Shown here: positions 33,217 through 42,458 of the stretch, one piece after another
How the letters are laid out: each line of letters begins with the position of its first letter
Numbering within the stretch: the first letter of the stretch is position 1
Origin: Planctomycetota bacterium
Lineage (GTDB): Bacteria > Planctomycetota > UBA8742 > UBA2392
Assembly (NCBI GenBank): GCA_003576915.1
Contig: QEVF01000011.1
Span: 44,260 to 108,259 of the forward strand
Reading direction: 5' to 3'
Length of the DNA stretch: 64,000 nucleotides
Translations under genes and position numbers: made by a program
The notes under the pieces: model-generated
Told to the model about the DNA's origin: nothing
Seen by the model: the letters and a program-made list of their open reading frames with translations, nothing else
The model's database searches: none

Positions 33217-34713
33217 ATGGCGAGCAAGCAGGAACTGGTGCTCATGGCCCTGGCCGTCAAACAGGGCATCCTGAACAAGGAGCAGGTCCAGACGTGCATG
33301 GACCTTCAGGCGGTGCTTGAGCAAAACGGCCAGTCCCTGCCCCTCGTGCAGATCGCGCTCAAGAAGAAATTCCTGACCCAGGAGCAGGTTGACGCCCTGT
33401 CCGGGAAGTCCGCCCCGACGGTGGACGTGCCCCAGGACGACAAGGTGCTGCTGGAGCAGGCGCGGCGCATTCCCATCTTTGACGTGCACGAGGAAATCGG
33501 GCAGGGCGGCATGGCCTCGGTGTTCCTGGCCACGGACAAGGAATCAGGCAGGCAGTGCGCCCTGAAGGTGCTCTTCCCCAAACACACCAGCAACCCCGTG
33601 TTCGTCGAGCGCTTCCTGCGCGAGGGCCGGCTGCTCAAAGAGTTCGAGTGCGAGAACATCGCCAAGGGCTACCGCTTCGGCGTCGTCGGCAAGGGCAGCC
33701 CCATTCCGCTCTACTTCATGAGCATGGAATACATCGAGGGCCAGAGCATCCAGGACCTCCTCGACAAAGAAGGAATGTTCCCCGAAACCAAGGCCATTTA
33801 CGTCATCACGGAAGCCGCGCGCGGCCTGGCCTACATGCAGGAGCACGGCTACGTGCACCGTGACGTGAAGCCGGACAACATCATGTGGAACAACGATGGC
33901 CGCGTGATGCTGGTGGACCTGGGCTTCTCGACGCCGATCCGCGCGGACCTCAAGGGCCAGTACCTCGACGAAACCTGCGGCACCGTGCAGTACATTTCGC
34001 CCGAGCAGGCCAAGGGCCAGGCGGACCTGGATATCCGCGCCGACATCTACTCCCTGGGCGCGACCCTGTATCACATGGTCATGGGCAAGCTGCCCTTTGG
34101 CGGCAACGACTCCATGGAAATCATGGCCAAGCAGGTCATGGAGAACCTGGACGCCGCGATGCTCAAGGGCGGCAAGATCTCCATGCACATGCACTACTTC
34201 ATCGAAAAGATGATGGCCAAGGACCGCGACATCCGCTACCAGAGCGCGCGAGAGATCGTGGACGATATCGGCGAGGTGCTCTCCGGCGCGGCTGACCTGC
34301 AATACAACCCGGCGGAAGACCCGAGCAACCCCTTCTCGCTGCTGGGCAAGCCCGTGCCCATTTCTTCGGCGCGCATGGCCAAGGTGCCGGGTGTTTCAGG
34401 ACGCATGGCGCCCAGTCCCAACACCAGTGTGCGCATGAGGCCCACGGGCGAAAGCGTGCGCCAGGCCCCGCCCATAACCAAGGGCAACACCACCAGTATC
34501 CGCAAGCCCATCCCCCAGAGCGGCAGCGTGCGCATGCCCGCGCCCCAGGGCAGCCCCACCCCGCCTCCCGACGCACAGAAGAAGCCCGGCAGCAACACCA
34601 GCCAGATTGCCAAGCCCGCGCTCAAGCCCGGCGCTTCCGTGCGCCTGCCCCAGAGCCCGGGCAAGCCGGCCCCGACGCAGATTCGCCTGCCTGAAAAGCG
34701 CAAGCCCACCTGA
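33217..34713 (+). CDS. Ser/Thr protein kinase with N-terminal helical-repeat region and Pro-rich C-terminal tail
   Basis: IGQGGMASVF (Gly loop), CALKVL, HRDVKPDNIMW, DLGFS, GTVQYISPEQ. N-terminus LVLMALAVKQGILNKEQVQTCMDLQ / LVQIALKKKFLTQEQVDAL. Confidence 0.9.
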   Translation: MASKQELVLMALAVKQGILNKEQVQTCMDLQAVLEQNGQSLPLVQIALKKKFLTQEQVDALSGKSAPTVDVPQDDKVLLEQARRIPIFDVHEEIGQGGMASVFLATDKESGRQCALKVLFPKHTSNPVFVERFLREGRLLKEFECENIAKGYRFGVVGKGSPIPLYFMSMEYIEGQSIQDLLDKEGMFPETKAIYVITEAARGLAYMQEHGYVHRDVKPDNIMWNNDGRVMLVDLGFSTPIRADLKGQYLDETCGTVQYISPEQAKGQADLDIRADIYSLGATLYHMVMGKLPFGGNDSMEIMAKQVMENLDAAMLKGGKISMHMHYFIEKMMAKDRDIRYQSAREIVDDIGEVLSGAADLQYNPAEDPSNPFSLLGKPVPISSARMAKVPGVSGRMAPSPNTSVRMRPTGESVRQAPPITKGNTTSIRKPIPQSGSVRMPAPQGSPTPPPDAQKKPGSNTSQIAKPALKPGASVRLPQSPGKPAPTQIRLPEKRKPT

Positions 34714-34913
34714 CTTGTGTCGCGGGCGTCCTTGCCTGCTCCCATCGGCAAGATGCCGATGCCACTTGCATGTGCCAAAAGTCCAGCGCACAAGATTTGT
34801 GCTCCCAAGGCTTTGCGGCGCTCGCCCGGTTTCTTCAGATTTCTCCGCGGCTCCTGTGTCCCAAAGTTCCAAGCCATGAGGGCGCGCTTTGCGCCCGCCT
34901 TTTGGGAGACCCC

Positions 34914-35561
34914 ATGGCCGCCAGTCCGCACATCGTCCAGCAGCTCGCACGCCACAAGCTCATCCAGGAAGCCGTGCTCAAACTCTATGCCGCGCGCGGC
35001 GGCAAATTGCTCGACCTCAACATCCGTCAGGCGGAGGAAACGGTGCAGGCCGCGCTCAAGTGCCGTGAGGCCGACCACCGCCGCCTCATAGCCGACCCCG
35101 ACGCGCGGCGCGAAAAGGGCGAGCGCCCCATCGTCACCGTCAGCGAGGGGCGCCTGCACGCGAGAGACCTGGCCCGCTTCATGGAGCAGAAGCAGCTCGC
35201 CCTGATCGAGGCCAAGAACCTGATTGAAGAGGCCATCAACCGCGCGCGCCCCAGCACCGAAGAAGACCTCCAGCTTGTGCTCGAGGCCGCGGTGCAGGAC
35301 GTCGCGGCCGTGGGCCGCATGGGCATCCTCGAGCCCAAGGCGCCCGTGGAGAACTTCCCCTACGAGGACGTGGCCCGCGCCGCGCTGCAGGTGATGCCGC
35401 GCCTGCCCGACAAGCTGGCGCGCCAGCTGGACACGGCCTTGCTGACGGGGCGCATGGATGACGTGTACGACGCGCTGGGCAGCGCAGGCGAAGAGGTGCA
35501 GCAGGAGTTTGCCTATCACCTGAAGGCCGCGAGGCACCAGAGGCCCGGCCACGCGGCGTGA
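34914..35561 (+). CDS. Hypothetical helical protein
   Basis: Start chosen at MAASPHIVQQLARHKL (internal Met of ORF 34770..35561). No recognised motifs. Same strand as the kinase. Confidence 0.45.
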   Translation: MAASPHIVQQLARHKLIQEAVLKLYAARGGKLLDLNIRQAEETVQAALKCREADHRRLIADPDARREKGERPIVTVSEGRLHARDLARFMEQKQLALIEAKNLIEEAINRARPSTEEDLQLVLEAAVQDVAAVGRMGILEPKAPVENFPYEDVARAALQVMPRLPDKLARQLDTALLTGRMDDVYDALGSAGEEVQQEFAYHLKAARHQRPGHAA

Positions 35562-35612
35562 CCCGGCGCCGCGGCCCGACGATGCAGAACGCGCAGACAA
35601 GCGCCGGCAACC

Positions 35613-35627
35613 TGCAACCCGGTTGCA
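35613..35627. promoter_or_regulatory. Perfect 6-3-6 palindrome upstream of znuA (candidate metalloregulator operator)
   Basis: tgcaac-ccg-gttgca, immediately followed by ataaat, about 50 nt upstream of the znuA start. Confidence 0.35.
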
Positions 35628-35675
35628 ATAAATAGCCTGTCGGCTAACGTAGCCTGGCTTTCATCTTCCGGGGCC

Positions 35676-36584
35676 GTGATGCGCACCGCCATGTTCCTGC
35701 TGTTTTCGCTCCTGCTGACTTCCTGCAGCGGCGGCGGCACGCGCACAGTGCGGCCGGGAGAGAAGCTGGTGGTCATGGCCTCGACCACCCATCTTGCCGC
35801 CCTGGCCATGGCCGTGGCGGGAGAGTCCGCCACGGTTCAGTTATTGCCGCGCGAAGGCACCGACCCCCACAGTTTCGAGGCCACAGCCGAGGACCGGCGA
35901 AGACTGGAGGGCGCCCACCTGCTTTTGATCAACGGCCTGAAACTCGAGACATTCGACGCCGCGAAACTGGCGGCGGCGGCGGGCATCACGCTGGTGGATT
36001 GCAGCGCACAAATCCCCAAGAGCTTTCTCATCGCCCCGGGGGGCGATTTGCACGACCATGGCCACGACCACGGCGAGCAGGACCCCCACGTGTGGCTCTC
36101 CTGCGAGGGCGCAGCCTTTCAGGCCCAAGCCATGGCCAGGGCCATGGCGTCGCTGGATTCGTCCAACAGCGAAGGTTACCTCAAGCGCGCTTCCGAGTTT
36201 CAGGCGCGGGTGCTCAAGCTGCGCGACGACTCCAAGGCGCGGCTGGCCACTTTGCCTGACCGCAGCTTCGTGACCGACCACGATGCCTTTGCCTACTTCG
36301 CCCGTGAGTTCGAACTCAAGAACCTGGGCTTCCTGCGCAAGCTGCCCGGCAAAGAGCCCACGCTGGAGGAGCGCCGGTCCCTGGAGGCTGCCATCCGCAA
36401 AAGCGGCGCGAAGGCCATTTTCACCGAGCCCGGCCACGACCCCGCGGCCAGCGAGACTCTGGCCAAAAGCCTGGGCGTGAAGCTCGCTCAGCTGGACCCC
36501 TTCGAGATCGGAAAGCCCTCGGCCACCGCCTACGAGGAAACCATGCGCAAGAATCTGCAGGCCGTTCTGGAGGCTTTGAAGTAA
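35676..36584 (+). CDS. znuA: Metal (Zn/Mn) ABC transporter substrate-binding lipoprotein
   Basis: Lipobox LLLTSC. ..DPHSFEATAEDRRRL.., His-rich loop DLHDHGHDHGEQDPHVW, ..FVTDHDAFAYFA.. are typical cluster-9 (ZnuA/TroA) motifs. Confidence 0.85.
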   Translation: MMRTAMFLLFSLLLTSCSGGGTRTVRPGEKLVVMASTTHLAALAMAVAGESATVQLLPREGTDPHSFEATAEDRRRLEGAHLLLINGLKLETFDAAKLAAAAGITLVDCSAQIPKSFLIAPGGDLHDHGHDHGEQDPHVWLSCEGAAFQAQAMARAMASLDSSNSEGYLKRASEFQARVLKLRDDSKARLATLPDRSFVTDHDAFAYFAREFELKNLGFLRKLPGKEPTLEERRSLEAAIRKSGAKAIFTEPGHDPAASETLAKSLGVKLAQLDPFEIGKPSATAYEETMRKNLQAVLEALK

Positions 36585-36589
36585 CCGCA

Positions 36590-37348
36590 ATGACTGCCCC
36601 CGTCCTCAGCGTCGAGAACGTCAGCGTCGAGATCGGCGGGCGAGCCCTCGTGGAGCATGTCAGCTTCAGCCTCGGGCCCGGCGAATTTGCGGCCCTGATC
36701 GGGCCCAACGGAGCGGGCAAGACGACCCTGCTCAAGGCCATCCTGGGACAGCTTCCCTTCCGCGGCAGCATTCGCGTGAACGGCCGCATGGGCTATGTGC
36801 CCCAGCGCCTGAACTTCGACCGCACCCTGCCCATGACTGTGCTGGAATTCCTGGCGCTGACGCTGCAGCGCCGGCCCGTGGCGTTTGGTATCGCGACGCG
36901 CGTGAGGAAGAGCGTCTCGGCCATGCTCGAGCGCGTGGGCGCGGGGGCCCTGCTGCACAAGAGCCTGGGCGGACTCTCCGGCGGCGAACTGCAGCGCGTG
37001 CTGCTGGCCGCGGCGCTGGGAGAGGGAGCGCAACTGCTGCTGCTCGACGAACCCGCGGCCGGCGTGGACATCGAGGGCGAGGCAGCCTTCAACGACCTGA
37101 TCCTGCATGAAGTGCGCGAGCACGGCGCGGCAGCCATTCTGGTCAGCCACGACTTGAGCGTGGTGGCGGACATCACCGACCGGGTGCTCTGCCTCAACCG
37201 TGTGCTGATGTGCGAGGGCAAGGCCGGCGACCTTTTGACGGCCGAGACCATCGCGCGCGTGTTCGGCGGCGGAAAGGCCGTCTATGACCATCACCGGCCC
37301 GTGCCGCACACCCACACCCACGGGCCCGACCACCACCACGGACACTGA
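36590..37348 (+). CDS. znuC: Metal ABC transporter ATP-binding protein with His-rich C-terminal tail
   Basis: Walker A GPNGAGKTTLLK, signature LSGGELQRV, Walker B LLLLDEP. Tail HHRPVPHTHTHGPDHHHGH. Confidence 0.9.
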   Translation: MTAPVLSVENVSVEIGGRALVEHVSFSLGPGEFAALIGPNGAGKTTLLKAILGQLPFRGSIRVNGRMGYVPQRLNFDRTLPMTVLEFLALTLQRRPVAFGIATRVRKSVSAMLERVGAGALLHKSLGGLSGGELQRVLLAAALGEGAQLLLLDEPAAGVDIEGEAAFNDLILHEVREHGAAAILVSHDLSVVADITDRVLCLNRVLMCEGKAGDLLTAETIARVFGGGKAVYDHHRPVPHTHTHGPDHHHGH

Positions 37349-38175
37349 TGTTCGAGATCCTCGCGCGCTACTTCACCGTGGACTGGCAGGCCGTGATTCT
37401 GGCGGCCGTGCTCTGCCTTTCGCTGGCGGCCGGCTCGCTCAGCACGATCGTGGTCAGCAACCGCATGTCATTTTTCTCCGATGCCATCGCCCACAGCACG
37501 CTCAGCGGCGTGGCCCTGGGCCTGCTGATCGGCGTGGACCCCATCGCCACCATGATCGCGGCGGGAGTCGTCGTGGCGCTGCTGATTGCCGCCATGCGCC
37601 AGCGCTCGGGGCTTTCGCTGGACACGCTGTTGGGCGTCGCCCTGGCGGGCTCTTTGGCCGTCGGCGTCATCCTCTATCACCGCGCGCAGGGCTACAGCGA
37701 CCTGCACGCCTATCTGTTTGGCCGCGTCACCTTTCTGGACACCACGGACCTCGCGGCTCTGGCGGGCGCGGCCTGCCTCTCGCTCGCGCTCGTGGGTCTG
37801 TACTCCAACGCCTTCGCCCTCCTGGCCGTTTCGCGGCCCCTGGCCCAGGCGCGGGGCATACGCCCGGCGCGCTTTGACTTCATCCTGATCGTGCTGCTCG
37901 GCCTCGTCGTCAGCGTCTGCGTGCGGGCCGTGGGGCTGTTGCTGGTCAACGCGCTGATGGTGGTGCCCGCCGCCGCCAGCCGGAACGTGGCGCGCAGCTA
38001 TCGCGGCATGTTCTGGGGCGCGCTCTGCGTCAGCGTCATCTCCTGCGTGGCCGGCCTCGTACTGGGCGATTACTTCAGCGTGCCGCCCGCGCCTGGCATC
38101 GTCGTGGTTGCCGTTTCCTTCTTTCTGGCATCCCTGCTCTTCCGAAGGGGCGCGGCCCTTTCCGTAGATGCCTGA
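37348..38175 (+). CDS. znuB: Metal ABC transporter permease
   Basis: ATGA overlap with znuC. Polytopic, ..FFSDAIAHSTLSGVALG.. is typical of ABC-3 (ZnuB/TroCD) permeases. Confidence 0.85.
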   Translation: MFEILARYFTVDWQAVILAAVLCLSLAAGSLSTIVVSNRMSFFSDAIAHSTLSGVALGLLIGVDPIATMIAAGVVVALLIAAMRQRSGLSLDTLLGVALAGSLAVGVILYHRAQGYSDLHAYLFGRVTFLDTTDLAALAGAACLSLALVGLYSNAFALLAVSRPLAQARGIRPARFDFILIVLLGLVVSVCVRAVGLLLVNALMVVPAAASRNVARSYRGMFWGALCVSVISCVAGLVLGDYFSVPPAPGIVVVAVSFFLASLLFRRGAALSVDA

Positions 38176-38245
38176 TTTGCGGCAGGGGCCTGCCGGCCTT
38201 CCCCCGTGCCTGCAAAGGAGCAGCCTTCCGTGCTAAGATTGCGCC

Positions 38246-38749
38246 ATGGCCGACGAAACCCGCCGCGTGCCCCAGTTCCTTTCAGGCCCCACGGCCCCTT
38301 TGGCCGTGCTTTTGCCCATGCGGCTATTTGTAGGGTATGTCTGGCTTCAGGCGGGCGTGATCAAGTTTTACGACGGCTGGCTTTCCGGCAGCGTGGAGGG
38401 GGCGCGGCGCCTGGTGGAGGATTATCGCGCGGCCCTGCAGCATCCGCCCGAGTGGTACAACTCGCTGGTACTGGAGCCCGCGGCGCAGAACCCCCTGGTC
38501 ACGGCCTGGATTATTGTGGGGGCGGAAATCCTGTTCGGCATCATGACCCTGGCCGGAGCGGTGACGCGAGTCGCCGCCACGGCGCTCGGAATCATGGCCC
38601 TGCTCTGGTATCTCGGCGAGACGGCCGCCCGCACCGAGGCCCTGGCCTTCGCGCTCATGGGCTTCACCCTGGCCATTTCGGCCTCCGGCCGCTACCTGGG
38701 CGTTGACGCCATTTTCAAGGCCCGCAACATGCAGGTGCCGCTGTTCTAG
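38246..38749 (+). CDS. DoxX-family membrane protein
   Basis: ..LPMRLFVGYVWLQAGVIKF.. plus 4 hydrophobic helices, a DoxX-like pattern. 167 aa. Confidence 0.65.
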   Translation: MADETRRVPQFLSGPTAPLAVLLPMRLFVGYVWLQAGVIKFYDGWLSGSVEGARRLVEDYRAALQHPPEWYNSLVLEPAAQNPLVTAWIIVGAEILFGIMTLAGAVTRVAATALGIMALLWYLGETAARTEALAFALMGFTLAISASGRYLGVDAIFKARNMQVPLF

Positions 38750-38822
38750 TTTTTCGGTCAGATCGACCCGACCTCCGAAACACATGATGAGGGATCCAAC
38801 GATGCGACAAGGAGCCACGACG

Positions 38823-40160
38823 ATGAGCAAGTTGACGATTCTGGCAGCCGCGCTGATGCTGGCCCTGGGCTGCGTGAAGCAGGAGGCCCAGCGCCCCGAC
38901 CCGAGGCAGGCCAAGGCCGAGCCGATGGCGGCCAGGCCGGAAACCCCGGCCCAGGCCCAGCCCTTGCAGGCCAAACCCGATGCCCGGGACGCCATGATTG
39001 AAAAGGCGTGGGCCTATCTCCTCACGCAATACAACGTGCAGGGCAAGCCCGAGAACAAGGGCACCGACTCGGGCTGGGGCCCCAAGTCGATGAACATCGC
39101 GTACACGGCTCTGGTGCTTCAGGGCATTTACGGCTCCAAGGTTTGGAACGACTCCGATGAGCGCATCAAGGCCAGCGTCGAGTTCGTCATCGACAGCCAG
39201 GAAGCTTCGGGCGGGTTCTCCCTGATGCCCGAAAAGGTCATGCCCGCCATGAAGGGCCAGCGCGCCGTGTACATTACGGGAATCGTCGCCCAGCTCATGG
39301 CCGACCTCAACGCAGCGGGCGCCTGGAAGGGCAAGCTGACCCAGAAGATCGAGCTGGCCCGCGACTACCTCAAGCAGTCGCAGGTGGGCAACCCGGCCGG
39401 ACCCGCCGCCGAATACAAGCGCGGCAGCGTGGGCTTTGGCGGCTGGGCCTACAGCAAGGAAGAACTGCCCAAGAAGATTGAAGAGGGCAAGCCCGCGGCC
39501 AACATGAGCACGACGATTTACGCCATGGATGCCCTGAAGGCCTGCGGTGTGGCGAGCGACGACCCCATGTGGCAGGACGCGCTGGTGTTCCTCAAGCGCA
39601 ACCACAACGCGGGCGAACTCCAGAGCGCGGACTTCACGGCCAAGACGCAGGACGGCAAGACCATCAAGGCCGCCGGACCCGACAGCCCGGACTATGGCGG
39701 CTCCATCTACAGTGAAGATTCAAGCATGTCCGAAGAGCGCACGGAAAACGAGGACGGCACCGTGACTCTGCACAGCTACGGCACCATGACCTACAACCTG
39801 CTGCGCGCCTATCTGTTTGCCGGCCTGAAGAAGGACAGCCTGCCGGTGAAGCTGGCCCTGGGCTGGGTCCGCAAGAACTACGTGCTCAACAAAGTGCCCG
39901 GCTACCGCAAGGAAAAGCAGTTCGATCAGGGCCTCTTCTACTACTACGTCAGCTTTGCCCGCACCCTCAAGGCCCTGGGCGAAGACACGATTGAGGACGA
40001 CCGCGGCTTCAAGCACGACTGGCGCGCGGAACTGGTCGAGCAGCTCGGCAAGCTCCAGGGACAGGACGGGAGCTGGGTGAACAAGAACCCGAAGTGGCAG
40101 GAAGGCAGCCCGGTGCTGGCCACGGCCTTTGCCCTGGACGCCCTGCGCCACACCCGTTGA
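38823..40160 (+). CDS. Lipoprotein with prenyltransferase/squalene-cyclase-like (QW-repeat toroid) domain
   Basis: Start at ATG 38823: MSKLTILAAALMLALGC (lipobox). Motifs DSQEASGGFSL, GGWAY, GGSIYSE, KLQGQDGSWVN. Paralogue of 5054..6322 and 47042..49495. Confidence 0.8.
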   Translation: MSKLTILAAALMLALGCVKQEAQRPDPRQAKAEPMAARPETPAQAQPLQAKPDARDAMIEKAWAYLLTQYNVQGKPENKGTDSGWGPKSMNIAYTALVLQGIYGSKVWNDSDERIKASVEFVIDSQEASGGFSLMPEKVMPAMKGQRAVYITGIVAQLMADLNAAGAWKGKLTQKIELARDYLKQSQVGNPAGPAAEYKRGSVGFGGWAYSKEELPKKIEEGKPAANMSTTIYAMDALKACGVASDDPMWQDALVFLKRNHNAGELQSADFTAKTQDGKTIKAAGPDSPDYGGSIYSEDSSMSEERTENEDGTVTLHSYGTMTYNLLRAYLFAGLKKDSLPVKLALGWVRKNYVLNKVPGYRKEKQFDQGLFYYYVSFARTLKALGEDTIEDDRGFKHDWRAELVEQLGKLQGQDGSWVNKNPKWQEGSPVLATAFALDALRHTR

Positions 40161-40174
40161 TCACGCCCCGCGAT

Positions 40175-40204
40175 CAAACAGGGAGCCTTCGGGCTCCCTG
40201 TTTG
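40175..40204. terminator. 13-bp perfect hairpin between convergent genes (bidirectional terminator)
   Basis: caaacagggagcc-ttcg-ggctccctgtttg. A/T runs flank the stem on both strands. Confidence 0.75.
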
Positions 40205-40218
40205 AATTCAGCGCGGCG

Positions 40219-40713
40219 TTACTTGGCGTGAGCCTTGGCGGCCCGCCGCTTGGTTTCCTTCTTCTTGTCCTTCTTTTCTTCTTCATCCTCGCGCTCGACG
40301 CGCTTGGTGTACTCCTTGGCTGTTTCGGCGGCGGCCTTCTGAAGGCGTGATTCGCCGGCCACCAGTCGCGGCTCGTGGGACACGTTGAAGCCCATGCTGC
40401 GCTCCTTGCGCGACTTGTTCAGCACGTTGATGCAGTAGATGGTCTGGTAGCGGATGTAGGTGTGGTAGGTGTCCGCGCAGTCCCGTTCGTCAATGAAGGC
40501 GCTGACCAGCATGTAGTCGTCCTTCAGCTCGGAAATGTGCGACACGTCCAGCACCTGGCCGGATGTCAGCATGATCTCGAGCACCGGCACGGTGCCGTCA
40601 ATGCTGCAGGCCTCACGGATCCAGGTGTAAAAGCGCGTCTTGAAGAACCGGGGGCCGAAGGCGTCTTCGGGCATGCCGCTGCCCCCGGGATTGATGTTGT
40701 AGTATCCGATCAT
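40219..40713 (-). CDS. Hypothetical protein with Lys/Glu-rich C-terminal tail
   Basis: 164 aa, high-GC3 ORF divergent from nadE. The tail is ..VEREDEEEKKDKKKETKRRAAKAHAK. No family recognised. Confidence 0.5.
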   Translation of the reverse strand: MIGYYNINPGGSGMPEDAFGPRFFKTRFYTWIREACSIDGTVPVLEIMLTSGQVLDVSHISELKDDYMLVSAFIDERDCADTYHTYIRYQTIYCINVLNKSRKERSMGFNVSHEPRLVAGESRLQKAAAETAKEYTKRVEREDEEEKKDKKKETKRRAAKAHAK

Positions 40714-40765
40714 CGTTCACCTGACAGTCGCAAAGGGCGCAGAGCGTAGCATAATCAGCCCCGCC

Positions 40766-42385
40766 ATGAAGATTGCTTTGCTCCAGATCAACCCCACCGT
40801 CAATGACTTTGACGGCAATGTGGCCCGCATCGAGGCCGCAGCCCGTGAAGCCGTGGCCGCGGGGGCCGAACTCTGCGTCGCCCCGGAACTCGCCCTGTGC
40901 GGCTACCCGCCCCACGACCTCATGCTCCAGAGCCGCTTTGCAGCGCGCAATGAAGCCGCCTGTGACCGCCTGGTGCGGCTATCCGCCGCCCTGCGCTGCG
41001 GGCTGCTGTTCGGGCTGGTGCTGGCCAGCGACAACCCCCGGGGCAAGCCCCTGAGCAACGGCGCCGTGCTGTGCGACAGCGGCCGCGTGCTGGCCGTCAA
41101 GCGCAAGGCCCTGCTGCCCACCTATGACGTGTTCGACGAGCGGCGCTACTTCGAGCCGGACTTCACGCCCTGCGTGGCCGAGTTCCGCGGCCGCAGGCTG
41201 GGCCTGCTGATCTGTGAAGACGTCTGGGTTGAAGAAAGCGTGCTTGGCCGCATCGAGTACAGCCAGGACCCGGCCGCTGAATGCGTGAGCCGGGGGGCGG
41301 ACCTGCTCATCAACATCAGCGCCTCGCCCTGGCAGGAAGGCAAGCACCGACTCCGCGAACGGCTCTGCGCCGCCGTCGCGCGACGGCTCAAGCGCCCCCT
41401 GCTGCTGTGCAACCAGTGGGGCGGCAACGACGATCTGATCTTCGACGGCGGCAGCCTCGCCGTGGGGGCCGACGGCCTGACCTGCGCCCGCGGCCGCCTG
41501 TTCGGCGACGACGTGGTGGCCGTCGAACACCTGGCGGCACGCGCCAACCAGCCCCAAACCTGGGCCGAGGACGACATCGCCGACCAGATTGAAGCGCTCT
41601 GCCTCGGCATCCGCGATTACTTCAGGAAGACCGGCTTTGCCAAAGCACTGCTTGGCCTCTCGGGCGGCATCGACAGCGCCCTGGTGGCCTGCCTGGCCCA
41701 GCGGGCCCTGGGCCGCGAGAACGTCAAAGGCATCACCATGCCCACCCGCTTCTCCAGCCGCGGCAGCGTGGAGGACAGCCGCCTCCTGGCTCAGGCCCTG
41801 GGCATCGGCTTTGAGGTTGTGCCCATCGACGGAGCCTTTGAAAACCTGCGCACGCTTTGCGGCAAGCCCGGCGGCCTGGCCGAAGAAAACCTGCAGGCCC
41901 GCGTCCGCGGGCTGGTACTCATGACGCGCAGCAACGCCGAGGGTTCGCTGGTGCTGGCCACGGGCAACCAGAGTGAGCTGGCCGTCGGCTACAGCACGCT
42001 TTACGGAGACATGTGCGGCGCCCTGGAAGTCATCGGCGACCTGTCCAAGATGCGCGTGTATGAGATGGCGCGGCGCTTCTCCGAGATTCCTCCGGACACC
42101 CACACCAAGGCCCCTTCCGCCGAGCTGCGCGAGAACCAGACCGATCAGGACAGCCTCCCCCCCTACCCCCAGCTTGACGCCCTGCTGGAGGGCTACCTCG
42201 ATGGCCGGCTCGACATCGAAGACCTCGTGGCCCAGGGCCAGGATGCAGCTCTGGCCCGGCGCGTGGCGCGCATGGTGGAAGTGGCGGAGTTCAAGCGGCG
42301 CCAGGCGCCCATCGTGCTGCGGGTTTCGCGCTATGCCTTCGGCGCGGGGCGCCGCATGCCGGTGGCCAAAAAACTCCCCTCGTAG
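40766..42385 (+). CDS. nadE: Glutamine-dependent NAD+ synthetase
   Basis: N-terminal CN-hydrolase MKIALLQINP..CVAPELALCGYPP. C-terminal PP-loop LGLSGGIDSALV. 539 aa. Confidence 0.9.
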   Translation: MKIALLQINPTVNDFDGNVARIEAAAREAVAAGAELCVAPELALCGYPPHDLMLQSRFAARNEAACDRLVRLSAALRCGLLFGLVLASDNPRGKPLSNGAVLCDSGRVLAVKRKALLPTYDVFDERRYFEPDFTPCVAEFRGRRLGLLICEDVWVEESVLGRIEYSQDPAAECVSRGADLLINISASPWQEGKHRLRERLCAAVARRLKRPLLLCNQWGGNDDLIFDGGSLAVGADGLTCARGRLFGDDVVAVEHLAARANQPQTWAEDDIADQIEALCLGIRDYFRKTGFAKALLGLSGGIDSALVACLAQRALGRENVKGITMPTRFSSRGSVEDSRLLAQALGIGFEVVPIDGAFENLRTLCGKPGGLAEENLQARVRGLVLMTRSNAEGSLVLATGNQSELAVGYSTLYGDMCGALEVIGDLSKMRVYEMARRFSEIPPDTHTKAPSAELRENQTDQDSLPPYPQLDALLEGYLDGRLDIEDLVAQGQDAALARRVARMVEVAEFKRRQAPIVLRVSRYAFGAGRRMPVAKKLPS

Positions 42386-42435
42386 GGCGGGCCGTGCAAT
42401 CGCGGGCGATTTGGCTTGCGCGCCACAAACCGCGG

Positions 42436-42458
42436 GTTATGTTTTATAACAACGTTAT
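42436..42458. promoter_or_regulatory. AT-rich array of GTTAT/ATAAC half-sites at the 5' end of the lplT-aas fusion gene
   Basis: gttat-gtttt-ataac-aac-gttat: two overlapping inverted repeats in the only AT-rich patch of this intergenic region. Confidence 0.3.
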
